Below, in pieces: positions 15,921 through 23,448 of a stretch of 34,119 bases of DNA. Numbering within the stretch: position 1 is the first letter of the stretch; every line of letters starts with the position of its first letter. Below the pieces are notes generated by a model that saw nothing but the letters and a program-made list of their open reading frames with translations, did not search any database and was not told where the DNA came from. A program made the translations under genes and the position numbers. Source of the stretch: Candidatus Aenigmatarchaeota archaeon (GTDB lineage Archaea > Aenigmatarchaeota > Aenigmatarchaeia > QMZP01); the NCBI GenBank assembly GCA_016202785.1, contig JACQOC010000023.1:1-34119 (forward strand), read 5' to 3'.

Positions 15921-16263
15921 GCTCCCGGATATCCAGCGCGCATTCGCCGGCCGCATCCTTCTCGTCCAGCTGGCCGAACGGCTTGACCATCATGCGCTTT
16001 ATCTCCACGAAACCGATCGGCCTGCGGTAGTTTGCCTGGCCAGGCCGCGTTCCAATGAGATGCAGTTTGGTCGATATCGGATAGCAGACGGCATTCTTCT
16101 CATAGCGCACCGTTAAGGTCTTCATCCCGTCCTCGAACAGCCGGGCCGAATCTTCATACATTTTCAGCTCGGTGTAGGGCTTGAGCGCATGTTCAGGAAA
16201 ATCCTTCTTGAGCTTCCCCACCAGCTTGAAGATGTGCACCGGCCGGTATTCCCGGGCTGGCAT
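15847..16263 (-). CDS. ASCH (PUA-like) domain protein
   Basis: 138 aa. The C-terminal IGFVEIKRMMVKPFGQLDEKDAAGECALDIRELKASLQKIYG...LVSVFHL matches the ASCH pattern. Confidence 0.65.
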   Translation of the reverse strand: MPAREYRPVHIFKLVGKLKKDFPEHALKPYTELKMYEDSARLFEDGMKTLTVRYEKNAVCYPISTKLHLIGTRPGQANYRRPIGFVEIKRMMVKPFGQLDEKDAAGECALDIRELKASLQKIYGPIADHELVSVFHLR

Positions 16264-16333
16264 AGAAGGTTTTGGCGCGCATTGATATAAGCTATTGTCC
16301 GGCGGCCAAAACGCCTGGCAGCGGTGGGTTAGG

Positions 16334-16343
16334 TTTATATATA
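16334..16343 (+). promoter_or_regulatory. TATA box candidate for psmB
   Basis: tttatatata lies ~57-66 nt upstream of the ATG at 16400. SD-like gcagagg lies 5 nt before the ATG. Confidence 0.45.
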
Positions 16344-16399
16344 AGATGCCACTAACTTAATTATCTGCTTCTAAGCAACTGGAAGCGCAGAGGCCATAT

Positions 16400-17026
16400 A
16401 TGATGGAAGAAAAGCTTTTGAAGACCGGCACCACAACGCTTGGCATCATCTGCAAGGACGGCGTAGTGCTGGCAGCGGAGCGCAAGGCGACCATGGGTTA
16501 CCTGGTGGCCAGCAAGAACGCTGAGAAAATATTGCCATTGAACTCCCGGCTGGCGATGACGACCGCAGGCCTGGTCGGAGATGCGCAGGCCATCGAGCGG
16601 ATCATGAAGGCTGAACTAAAACTATACGAATACCAGGAAGAGCGCAAGCCTTCCGTCCGGGCCGCCGCTTACCTGCTCGCCAACCTGCTTTATTCAAGGC
16701 GCTATTACCCGTTCTACGTGCAGCTATTGGTCGGCGGCTTTGACGACAAGCCCAGGCTTTATTCCTTCGACCCGTCCGGCTCGATCCAGGAAGAGAACGA
16801 GTTCTTTTCCACCGGCTCCGGTTCGCCTATCGCCTTGGGCGTGCTCGAAGAAAAATTCAAGAAGGGCGTCACCGTGGAGGAGGCCAAGAAGATGGCGGCC
16901 AAGGCGATTAAGTCTGCAGTCCAGCGCGACATAGCAAGCGGCGGCTCCGGCATCGACATAATGGTGATTGACAAGGACGGGATCAAGAAGGTCAAGGACA
17001 GCGAAGTGCAGGAGCTGGCAGGCTGA
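16400..17026 (+). CDS. psmB: Proteasome subunit beta
   Basis: Propeptide followed by GTTTLGIICKDGVVLAAE (Thr1 nucleophile), then GLVGDAQ and GSGS. Confidence 0.95.
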   Translation: MMEEKLLKTGTTTLGIICKDGVVLAAERKATMGYLVASKNAEKILPLNSRLAMTTAGLVGDAQAIERIMKAELKLYEYQEERKPSVRAAAYLLANLLYSRRYYPFYVQLLVGGFDDKPRLYSFDPSGSIQEENEFFSTGSGSPIALGVLEEKFKKGVTVEEAKKMAAKAIKSAVQRDIASGGSGIDIMVIDKDGIKKVKDSEVQELAG

Positions 17027-17129
17027 CTGTCCGACAGGCATTTTCCCATCAAGCGCTTAACCAAACTCTGATATTCATGAAATATTTCCCATGATGCTTT
17101 TGACCCGCAATGGGTCTTGAGGTACGAAC

Positions 17130-19028
17130 ATGTCCATTCTTAAAGAACTGGAAGCGAAACTGCCGAAGGATGCGCAGATCACGGAGATGAAGTTCGAGGG
17201 GTCGGAGCTAGTCCTCTATACAAAGAACGCTGAATTTTTCAAGCAGAGCGAGGTGTTCGTCCGGTCGATCGTCAAGGACTTGAAAAAGCGGATAGAGGTC
17301 CGGCCGGACCTGACCATAGTCATGGACGAGGAAAAGACCAGAAAGATTATCACTGAGACGGTGCCGGCCGAAGCGAACATAGAGGCGGTCTATTTCGAGC
17401 CGGAGATGGGCAAAGTGGTCATCGAGGCCAAACGGCCTGGCCTGGTCATCGGCAAGAACGGTTCCACCTACCGGCAACTGCGCGACGCTACCTTATGGCT
17501 GCCGAAAATTGAGAGGGCTCCGGCCATCGACTCGAAGATCGTAAGGGCGGTAAGAAACCTGCTGCATTCGGAAATCGACTACCGCAAGTCGTTCCTGAAC
17601 CGGGTCGGGCAGAAGATCAATACGGACGACATACCGGTTGAGGACCGGAGAAAGGAGTGGATTAGGCTGACCACTTTGGGCGGCTTCCGCCAGGTGGGAA
17701 GGTCCTGTCTGTTAGTCACCACGCCCTATTCGCGCGTCCTACTGGACTGCGGCACCAACGTCGGCGCCACCGGAAAGGATTCCATGCCATACTTGGACAT
17801 CCCGGAATTCAGCCTGGACAAGCTGGATGCCGTCGTCCTTAGCCACGCGCACTTGGACCACTCGGCCATGGTGCCGTACCTGTACGAGCAGGGTTTCAAG
17901 GGCCCGCTGTACCTGACGGCACCGACGCGCGACCTTATGGTTTTGCTGTGCATGGACTACATCGATGTGTGCCAGAAGAACGGGAAAGACACGCCTTACA
18001 CCAAGAAGGCGGTGGAAAAGGCCGTCACCCATTCGGTCGTTCTAGGCTACGGCGAGGTTTCGGACATAACTAACGATATCCGCTTGACCTTCCAGCCGGC
18101 CGGCCACCTGCTGGGCAGCGCTATGGTGCATTTGCATTTCGGCGAGGGCCTGCACAACATGCTGTATAGCGCTGACTACAAGTTCGGGCCTTCGCGCTTG
18201 TTCGACCCGGCGTACAAGGATTTCCAAAGGATTGAGACGCTGATAACCGAGTCGACTTACGGAGCGGCAGAAGACGTCGTGCCAAGCCGCAAGGAGATTG
18301 AAGAGCAGTTCTATCACATGGTCAAGCGCACCATGGAGCGCGGCGGCAAGATGCTGATCCCGGTGTTCGGGGTGGGCAGAGGCCAGGAAATCATGGCAAT
18401 TCTTGCCAACATAGCGGAGCGGGAGAAGCTCAATTTTCCGGTACACCTGGAAGGCATGATTTGGGACGCTACGGCAATCCATACCGCCTATCCCGAGTTC
18501 CTGTCGGAGTACATGCAAAAGAAGATTTTCCATTACGGCGAGAACCCGTTCCTGTCGGACATATTCCATAGGGTGGCGGCGGCTGACCGCGCCTCGATCA
18601 TCGACGGGACCGAGCCATGTGTAGTGCTGGCCACTTCCGGCATGCTGATCGGCGGGCCGTCGGTCGAATACCTCAAGGGTTTCGCGAGCGACAAGCGCAA
18701 TTCCTTGCTGTTCGTCGGCTACCAGGGCGAATTTACCCTGGGCGGCAAGATCCAGCGCGGCTGGCGCGAACTGCCGCTGAAGAGCGAGGAAGGCCGGACG
18801 AGAGCGCTAAACTTAGAACTGGAAGTGGAGACGGTGAGGGGCTTATCCGGCCACTCCGGCCGCAACCAGCTGATGAGCTTCCTGTACAACATCTCCTCAA
18901 GGCCGGAACGGATTATCTGCAACCACGGCGAGGAGAAGAAATCTTTGGAGTTTGCCCGGGACGTCCACAAGCTGTTTAGGGTTGAAACGGTCGTGCCGCA
19001 CAATATTGAGACCCTGCGCTTGCGGTGA
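17130..19028 (+). CDS. fttA: aCPSF1/FttA: KH-domain beta-CASP metallo-beta-lactamase ribonuclease (archaeal transcription termination factor)
   Basis: Two N-terminal KH-like modules, the HAHLDHSA motif, beta-CASP motifs and C-terminal LSGHSGRNQL...CNHGE. Length is 632 aa. Confidence 0.95.
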   Translation: MSILKELEAKLPKDAQITEMKFEGSELVLYTKNAEFFKQSEVFVRSIVKDLKKRIEVRPDLTIVMDEEKTRKIITETVPAEANIEAVYFEPEMGKVVIEAKRPGLVIGKNGSTYRQLRDATLWLPKIERAPAIDSKIVRAVRNLLHSEIDYRKSFLNRVGQKINTDDIPVEDRRKEWIRLTTLGGFRQVGRSCLLVTTPYSRVLLDCGTNVGATGKDSMPYLDIPEFSLDKLDAVVLSHAHLDHSAMVPYLYEQGFKGPLYLTAPTRDLMVLLCMDYIDVCQKNGKDTPYTKKAVEKAVTHSVVLGYGEVSDITNDIRLTFQPAGHLLGSAMVHLHFGEGLHNMLYSADYKFGPSRLFDPAYKDFQRIETLITESTYGAAEDVVPSRKEIEEQFYHMVKRTMERGGKMLIPVFGVGRGQEIMAILANIAEREKLNFPVHLEGMIWDATAIHTAYPEFLSEYMQKKIFHYGENPFLSDIFHRVAAADRASIIDGTEPCVVLATSGMLIGGPSVEYLKGFASDKRNSLLFVGYQGEFTLGGKIQRGWRELPLKSEEGRTRALNLELEVETVRGLSGHSGRNQLMSFLYNISSRPERIICNHGEEKKSLEFARDVHKLFRVETVVPHNIETLRLR

Positions 19029-19039
19029 AGGCCCGCTTG

Positions 19040-19047
19040 TTTTTTTT
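19040..19047 (+). terminator. Oligo-T (T8) terminator after aCPSF1
   Basis: cttgtttttttt lies 12 nt after the stop. Confidence 0.45.
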
Positions 19048-19123
19048 GGTCATTTGGCGTAACTGCAATCAAAAGATAGCTGGCAATCAGACGGTTGAAG
19101 TGCGGAATCAAACAACTTAATTC

Positions 19124-19468
19124 TTACTCGCGCTCGACGCGCGCAAAATCAGGGGTCAGGATCAGCCAATCCTGCTCAATTCCCACGATGTCGCCGTTGT
19201 TGGCGGTGATGGTCTTCTTCAGCTTATCGACGGCCCGTTTCAACTCACCGATGTCTTTCTCCTTAAGCCGCTTGATCTGGAGAAACACGATGTTGCCGTT
19301 GCGGATCGCCTTAAGGATCTTTTCCGTGTCTTCGAAGTCGTTAAGCTTCTCGATGCGGATGGCGACAGAGCCGGTCCGCTTTTCATCGAGACCCAAAGAG
19401 TCCACTTCGACGAAATCATCGCCGGTGTCCTGCGGCTCTTCCCTTCGAGAAAAAAGCTTGATGGGCAT
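19124..19468 (-). CDS. sepF: Cell division protein SepF (archaeal FtsZ anchor, DUF552)
   Basis: 114 aa with ...L.DFEDT..I...IR.GNIVFL.I..L...D..ELKRA...LK......GDI.G. TATA tatttaaag lies 23-31 nt upstream. Confidence 0.8.
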   Translation of the reverse strand: MPIKLFSRREEPQDTGDDFVEVDSLGLDEKRTGSVAIRIEKLNDFEDTEKILKAIRNGNIVFLQIKRLKEKDIGELKRAVDKLKKTITANNGDIVGIEQDWLILTPDFARVERE

Positions 19469-19589
19469 ATGTAGTATATTGCCACCCGGCTATTTAAAGC
19501 TTTCCGGCGTGACAATGGCCTTACGTATAGCAGTTTTGCGGTTGCGCACTACGCCGAGCTTGGTCTGGAAATGCGCAGAAAGCAATAGT

Positions 19590-19826
19590 TTACCGGCGTT
19601 CCAGCGTGTAGATCGCGTTCCAGATCGATGTCCGGGCCGCGGTCGACAGGTTCGGGTCGTTGCTGGCCTCGTCCAGCACGGAAGAGATGTAAGAAATTTT
19701 TTCCTCGATGCTCTTCTGCTGCTCCAAGATCTTGGCCGTCTCTTCCAGCCGCAGCCTGACGTTTTTCGGGATGCCGCCGCTTTTCATCAGGCTCTGAATA
19801 AGTTCCGAAAGGTTCTGATCCTGCAT
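19590..19826 (-). CDS. UPF0147 family small helical protein
   Basis: 78 aa with GIPKNVR...E.A..L.......EKISY.SSVLDEASNDPNLS..ARTSIWN. It is adjacent to prefoldin beta, as in many archaea. Confidence 0.7.
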   Translation of the reverse strand: MQDQNLSELIQSLMKSGGIPKNVRLRLEETAKILEQQKSIEEKISYISSVLDEASNDPNLSTAARTSIWNAIYTLERR

Positions 19827-19906
19827 GTTTCCCCCATGGCGAAGGCCGGCGCGCCGGCACCATCAATATTCTCCGGAAACCAATGGCAGCGCCAAAAGCA
19901 ATACCG

Positions 19907-20251
19907 TCAGCCAGCTTCCGGGCGGTCTTTCGGGGACGTGAGCTTCTGCTTTATTTCCTCAAGCTTTTCCTTGGCTTTCTTTTCGCTCTTGTCAATGGTC
20001 TGGATTTTCAGCAGGAGGAAATCTTTTTTTTCCTGCAGCTCTTTGCGCACGTCCTCTTTACCAGCCTTTATCAATATTGGCCCGGCTATCTTATATATCT
20101 TATCTTCCGGGGAAGTTTCCAGCTCTTTCAACGCCTTTTCAATTTCCAGCATCTGCATGTTGAGCGTCTCTTTCTGCGCGGCGTAAAGTTGCGCCTGCTG
20201 CTGGTAAACCTGCGCCTGGTTGACCAGTTGCTGCATCTGCTGCGAGGCCAT
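19907..20251 (-). CDS. pfdB: Prefoldin subunit beta
   Basis: 114-aa coiled-coil / beta-hairpin / coiled-coil: QQLVNQAQVYQQQAQ...YKIAGPILIKAGKEDV...L.EK...L...I. Confidence 0.85.
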   Translation of the reverse strand: MASQQMQQLVNQAQVYQQQAQLYAAQKETLNMQMLEIEKALKELETSPEDKIYKIAGPILIKAGKEDVRKELQEKKDFLLLKIQTIDKSEKKAKEKLEEIKQKLTSPKDRPEAG

Positions 20252-20301
20252 AAGCTATACTGAAACGGCGGTTAATAAAAGGAGCGCGCAACGCCAGCGC
20301 A

Positions 20302-21186
20302 TCAGAGGCTGGTAGTGATGATGGGCCGGTCCGCCACCAGGACAGTATGTTCAGCTTGCGCGATGGGTTTCCCGTCGGTTGCGCGCAGCACCGGGTGGCT
20401 TTCGATGGCCCCAACACTTTCCAGCTGGCGCAGGGCCAGGGCAATCTTCGGGGCAGTGAACTTTGCGTGCAGCCAGCGCTTGGCGAACGGCAGGCCGTGG
20501 TAATCATCCCTGACCAGCGCGAGTATGGCCCGGGCCTCGGCCAGGCGCACCGGCCGGTCCGCATGGTACTGGTAAATTTCGACCAGGCCGGTGTCCTTCA
20601 CGTAACCGTCGCTAGCCATGACGAACGGCTCAATAGCTATGGCATCGCCCGCCTGGAAGGCGTGCTGGTTCTGGTTGCGCACGTTTGGTATGGAAGGTTC
20701 GTGGTGCAGGCTGAAGCGCTCCAGGCCGTGGCCGGTCAGGTTGGTAACCAGGCCAAAACCGGAATTGTGCACGAAATTTTCTATGGTCGCACCGATTTCC
20801 GCGACCGTCACGCCCGGCCGGATGACCTTGATCGCTTCCTGCAGGGCCTGCTCCGCAGCCTTCACCAATTCATTCGTCTGGCTGCAATAAGTGAAAGCCA
20901 GATCGCCGACATAACCGTCCACATGAACTCCGATGTCGATCTTCACCAGGTCGTTTTCCGCAATAACCTTGGCGTCGTTGTGGCACGGGGTATAATGCGC
21001 GGCCATGTCGTTGATCGAAATGTTCGGTGGGAACGCAAGGCTGCCGTTTTTTTCGGCGACGCGCTGCTCGATAAGCTCGGCTATTTCCAATATTCTCATC
21101 CCCGGTTCCGTTTTTTGCAGAACTTCGGCCTTCACTTCGGCCGCAATCCGGCCGGCGTGCACGTACTTTTTTTCTGTCTCGCCCAT
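20302..21186 (-). CDS. map: Methionine aminopeptidase, type 2 (archaeal)
   Basis: 294 aa with pita-bread motifs FP.NISIN...AHYTP, D.G.H.DGY..D.A.T, GHG. and EPF, plus the winged-helix insertion typical of MAP2. Confidence 0.95.
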   Translation of the reverse strand: MGETEKKYVHAGRIAAEVKAEVLQKTEPGMRILEIAELIEQRVAEKNGSLAFPPNISINDMAAHYTPCHNDAKVIAENDLVKIDIGVHVDGYVGDLAFTYCSQTNELVKAAEQALQEAIKVIRPGVTVAEIGATIENFVHNSGFGLVTNLTGHGLERFSLHHEPSIPNVRNQNQHAFQAGDAIAIEPFVMASDGYVKDTGLVEIYQYHADRPVRLAEARAILALVRDDYHGLPFAKRWLHAKFTAPKIALALRQLESVGAIESHPVLRATDGKPIAQAEHTVLVADRPIITTSL

Positions 21187-21257
21187 TATGACCCTTAAGC
21201 GCGGCGCGGATTAAATAGTTTACAATTTTTTTCCGGCAGACGTGGCAACAAAAAAAC

Positions 21258-21267
21258 TTTATTATAA
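21258..21267 (+). promoter_or_regulatory. TATA box candidate preceded by an A-rich BRE-like tract; would drive the micro-ORF transcript
   Basis: aaaaaaaCTTTATTATAAgg lies ~40-50 nt upstream of the micro-ORF. Confidence 0.4.
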
Positions 21268-21303
21268 GGACGGGACAACAATTAATAGATAATTACGGAG
21301 GTA

Positions 21304-21348
21304 ATGAAAATGGCAAAGAAAAAGGCAAAGTCCAAGAAAAAGAGATAA
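21304..21348 (+). CDS. Lysine-rich micro-ORF MKMAKKKAKSKKKR (14 aa; 12 aa if started at the ATG at 21310)
   Basis: GGAGG at 21297-21301 lies 8 nt upstream of the second ATG. There is an upstream TATA-like box and a T7 tract at 21382-21388 downstream. It sits in a 230-bp gap between map and the metallopeptidase gene. Confidence 0.3.
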   Translation: MKMAKKKAKSKKKR

Positions 21349-21381
21349 TTCCGCATAATTTTTCAGATCTCCTGCTTCTCG

Positions 21382-21388
21382 TTTTTTT
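21382..21388 (+). terminator. Oligo-T (T7) tract after the micro-ORF
   Basis: ctcgttttttta lies 34 nt after the micro-ORF stop. Confidence 0.35.
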
Positions 21389-21416
21389 ATGCGCCCTATC
21401 CAAAGGAGTAGCGTTC

Positions 21417-21785
21417 ATGATAAGATATAATCATGCCCCGGACGTCAAGGCCGACATTGAAATGCTGGTCGACCGGCTGGCGATGGGCCACGTCGACAAG
21501 CGCCGGGTTGCCTGCATAAGGAGCGTCGGTTCCGGCAGTCGCAGAATAATTGCAAGATGCCACGTGGTGCCGCGCATCATCCAGAAGGCGCTGGGCATTG
21601 ACGCATACTATGTCATCGAGGTCATCGCGGAAAAGTTCGACCGCTTATCCAAAGATGAGCAGACCAAAACCCTGATCCATGAGCTGATGCACATTCCGAA
21701 AAGCTTCGGCGGCGGCTTCCGCCACCATGACTACGTCAGCCACGAGAACGTAGAGAAAATCTTCAACCGGCTGGGGCAGGTATGA
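21417..21785 (+). CDS. Small putative zinc metallopeptidase (HExxH), archaeal COG4900-like
   Basis: The HELMH motif sits in LIHELMHIPKSFGGGFRHH. Length is 122 aa. AAGGAG lies 8 nt upstream of the ATG. Confidence 0.65.
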   Translation: MIRYNHAPDVKADIEMLVDRLAMGHVDKRRVACIRSVGSGSRRIIARCHVVPRIIQKALGIDAYYVIEVIAEKFDRLSKDEQTKTLIHELMHIPKSFGGGFRHHDYVSHENVEKIFNRLGQV

Positions 21786-22489
21786 CAACGGCTCTTTACC
21801 TGCGGGACAGCTATCTGCAGAAGTTTGCTGGGAAAGTGGTAGAGGCTGAAGGAACGAACGTGATTCTTGACCAGACCGCCTTTTATCCGGCCGGCGGCGG
21901 CCAGCCGAGCGACGTTGGGGCCGTGGAATGCGACGGCAAGTCATTCGGCGTGCTGGCGGTGAGGAAATCGGAGCAGGGCATCGTGCATGAGCTGGATGGG
22001 GGAGGCCTGCATGCCGGGGACAAGATTACCGGCACTATCGACTGGCAGAGAAGGTACCAACTGATGCGCCACCATACCGCTTCGCACGTGCTGTGCGCCA
22101 TCATCCATCGCGCGACCGGCGCGCTCATAACCGGTAACCAGATCGGGACGGATAAGACCAGAGTGGACTTCAACCTGCCGGAATTCGACAAAGAAAAGAT
22201 AAGCAACTATGCCAAAACAGCAAACCAGATGATGGCGCAAGGCTTGCAGGTAACGACCCGCTTCCTGCCGCGGGCAGAAGCGCTGCAAATCCCGGGCGCC
22301 GTCAAGCTGGCCACTGCACTGCCGCCGGAAATAACGGAGCTGCGCATCGTGCAGATCGGCGACATTGACACGCAAGCCGACGGCGGCACCCATGTAAGGA
22401 ACACGAGCGAAGTGGGGAAGATAGCCATTGTCGGCGCGGAAAACAAGGGCAAGAGCAACCGCAGGATTTATTTCGCGCTGGAACCTTGA
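21782..22489 (+). CDS. alaX: AlaX-type alanyl-tRNA editing protein (Ser/Gly-tRNA(Ala) deacylase)
   Basis: DQTAFYPAGGGQP.D.G N-domain, the HTASH zinc motif, and DGGTHV where the family normally has CGGTHV. 4-nt overlap with the upstream gene. Confidence 0.85.
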   Translation: MTTALYLRDSYLQKFAGKVVEAEGTNVILDQTAFYPAGGGQPSDVGAVECDGKSFGVLAVRKSEQGIVHELDGGGLHAGDKITGTIDWQRRYQLMRHHTASHVLCAIIHRATGALITGNQIGTDKTRVDFNLPEFDKEKISNYAKTANQMMAQGLQVTTRFLPRAEALQIPGAVKLATALPPEITELRIVQIGDIDTQADGGTHVRNTSEVGKIAIVGAENKGKSNRRIYFALEP

Positions 22490-22496
22490 CCGGCAA

Positions 22497-22916
22497 TCAT
22501 TCGCCCAGCACTTGCAGCACGACCTCGCGCCTTCTTGCTGGCACGTCGAAGTCCAGCAGCACGATGTTCTGCCAAGTGCCGAGCAGCAGCTTCCGATCTT
22601 GGAACGGCACGGTTAGGCTGGGCCCCAGCACTGTTGCCCGCACGTGGCTCTTGCCGTTGCCGTCATTCCAAGTTTGGTGGTGCGCATAATCGTCATCCGA
22701 CGGGGCGATGCGCTCCATGGCTGCGGCCAGGTCCTTGACCAGGCCGGGCTCGAATTCCATGGTGGATACCGAAGCCGTGCTGCCTACCGCGAAAATGGTT
22801 ACTGTGCCGTCCTTGATGCTGCCCTTGGCGACGGCCTGCTGCACCGCTACGGTTATGTCAACGATGTCCAGATCTTCACCGGCGCTGATGGTAAGCCGGT
22901 GCGTTGCGACTGCCAT
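22497..22916 (-). CDS. YjbQ/UPF0047 family protein (secondary thiamine-phosphate synthase-like)
   Basis: 139 aa with DIT..V.......I.DG.V.IF..GSTASV...E.EPG...DL......I.P......H......GN..SH.....LG.S...P......L.LGTWQ.I.L..FD. Confidence 0.85.
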   Translation of the reverse strand: MAVATHRLTISAGEDLDIVDITVAVQQAVAKGSIKDGTVTIFAVGSTASVSTMEFEPGLVKDLAAAMERIAPSDDDYAHHQTWNDGNGKSHVRATVLGPSLTVPFQDRKLLLGTWQNIVLLDFDVPARRREVVLQVLGE

Positions 22917-22941
22917 ATTAAGTATCGGGCCAATAAAACTA

Positions 22942-23448
22942 ATGTTTGAAATCCTTGCCGGCTTCGGTGCCTGGGCGACGGGCCTGATCCAAACGTGGGG
23001 TTATGCCGGCGTGTTCATTGTCGCCATGCTCGGCAGCGCTTCGATCTTCTTCCCGGTCATCCCTTCTGTGCTGATCATACCGGCCACGGCCGTGTTCCTT
23101 AACCCGATGTTGGTCGGCGTTGCGGCCGGGGCCGGGGCGGCCCTCGGCGAACTGACCGGCTATTTCGCCGGCGAGGCCGGCCGGCGGCTGGTGCGGGACA
23201 GGTATAGCGGCTTGGTAGACAAGACCGAAGCATGGTCGAAAAAATACGGCATCTTCATGGTTATAATCCTGTTTGCCGCCCTGCCGCTGCCCGCCGACAT
23301 CGTCGGTATCCTGGCCGGGATGGCGAAATACGACGTGAAAAAGTTTGTTCTCGCCAACTTCATCGGCAAGAGCATAAAGTTCACTGCCATTGCCGTCGCC
23401 GGGGCCTATGGCATCAGCTGGCTGCAATCCATGTTCGGCCTCATCTAG
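22942..23448 (+). CDS. DedA/VTT (SNARE-associated, YqaA-like) membrane protein
   Basis: The start at the ATG at 22942 gives 168 aa with WGYAGVF.VAMLGSASIFFPVIPS and G..AGAGAALGE..GYF.G. The upstream part of the track ORF is antisense to yjbQ. Confidence 0.75.
   Translation: MFEILAGFGAWATGLIQTWGYAGVFIVAMLGSASIFFPVIPSVLIIPATAVFLNPMLVGVAAGAGAALGELTGYFAGEAGRRLVRDRYSGLVDKTEAWSKKYGIFMVIILFAALPLPADIVGILAGMAKYDVKKFVLANFIGKSIKFTAIAVAGAYGISWLQSMFGLI

Noticed and set aside
17027-17129. Possible C/D-box or H/ACA small RNA in intergenic spacers (also checked 19029-19123, 19469-19589 and 4741-4865)
   Set aside because: Only isolated partial matches turned up (AUGAUGC, CUGA). None had the paired C/D plus C'/D' arrangement and terminal stem, and none had an ACA-tailed hairpin. 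I cannot support an RNA gene call by eye.
19095-20186. 363-aa plus-strand ORF spanning three small genes
   Set aside because: It is antisense to sepF, UPF0147 and prefoldin beta. It is Ser/Phe/Leu-rich because it mirrors Lys/Glu-rich coiled-coil codons. There are no start-site signals.
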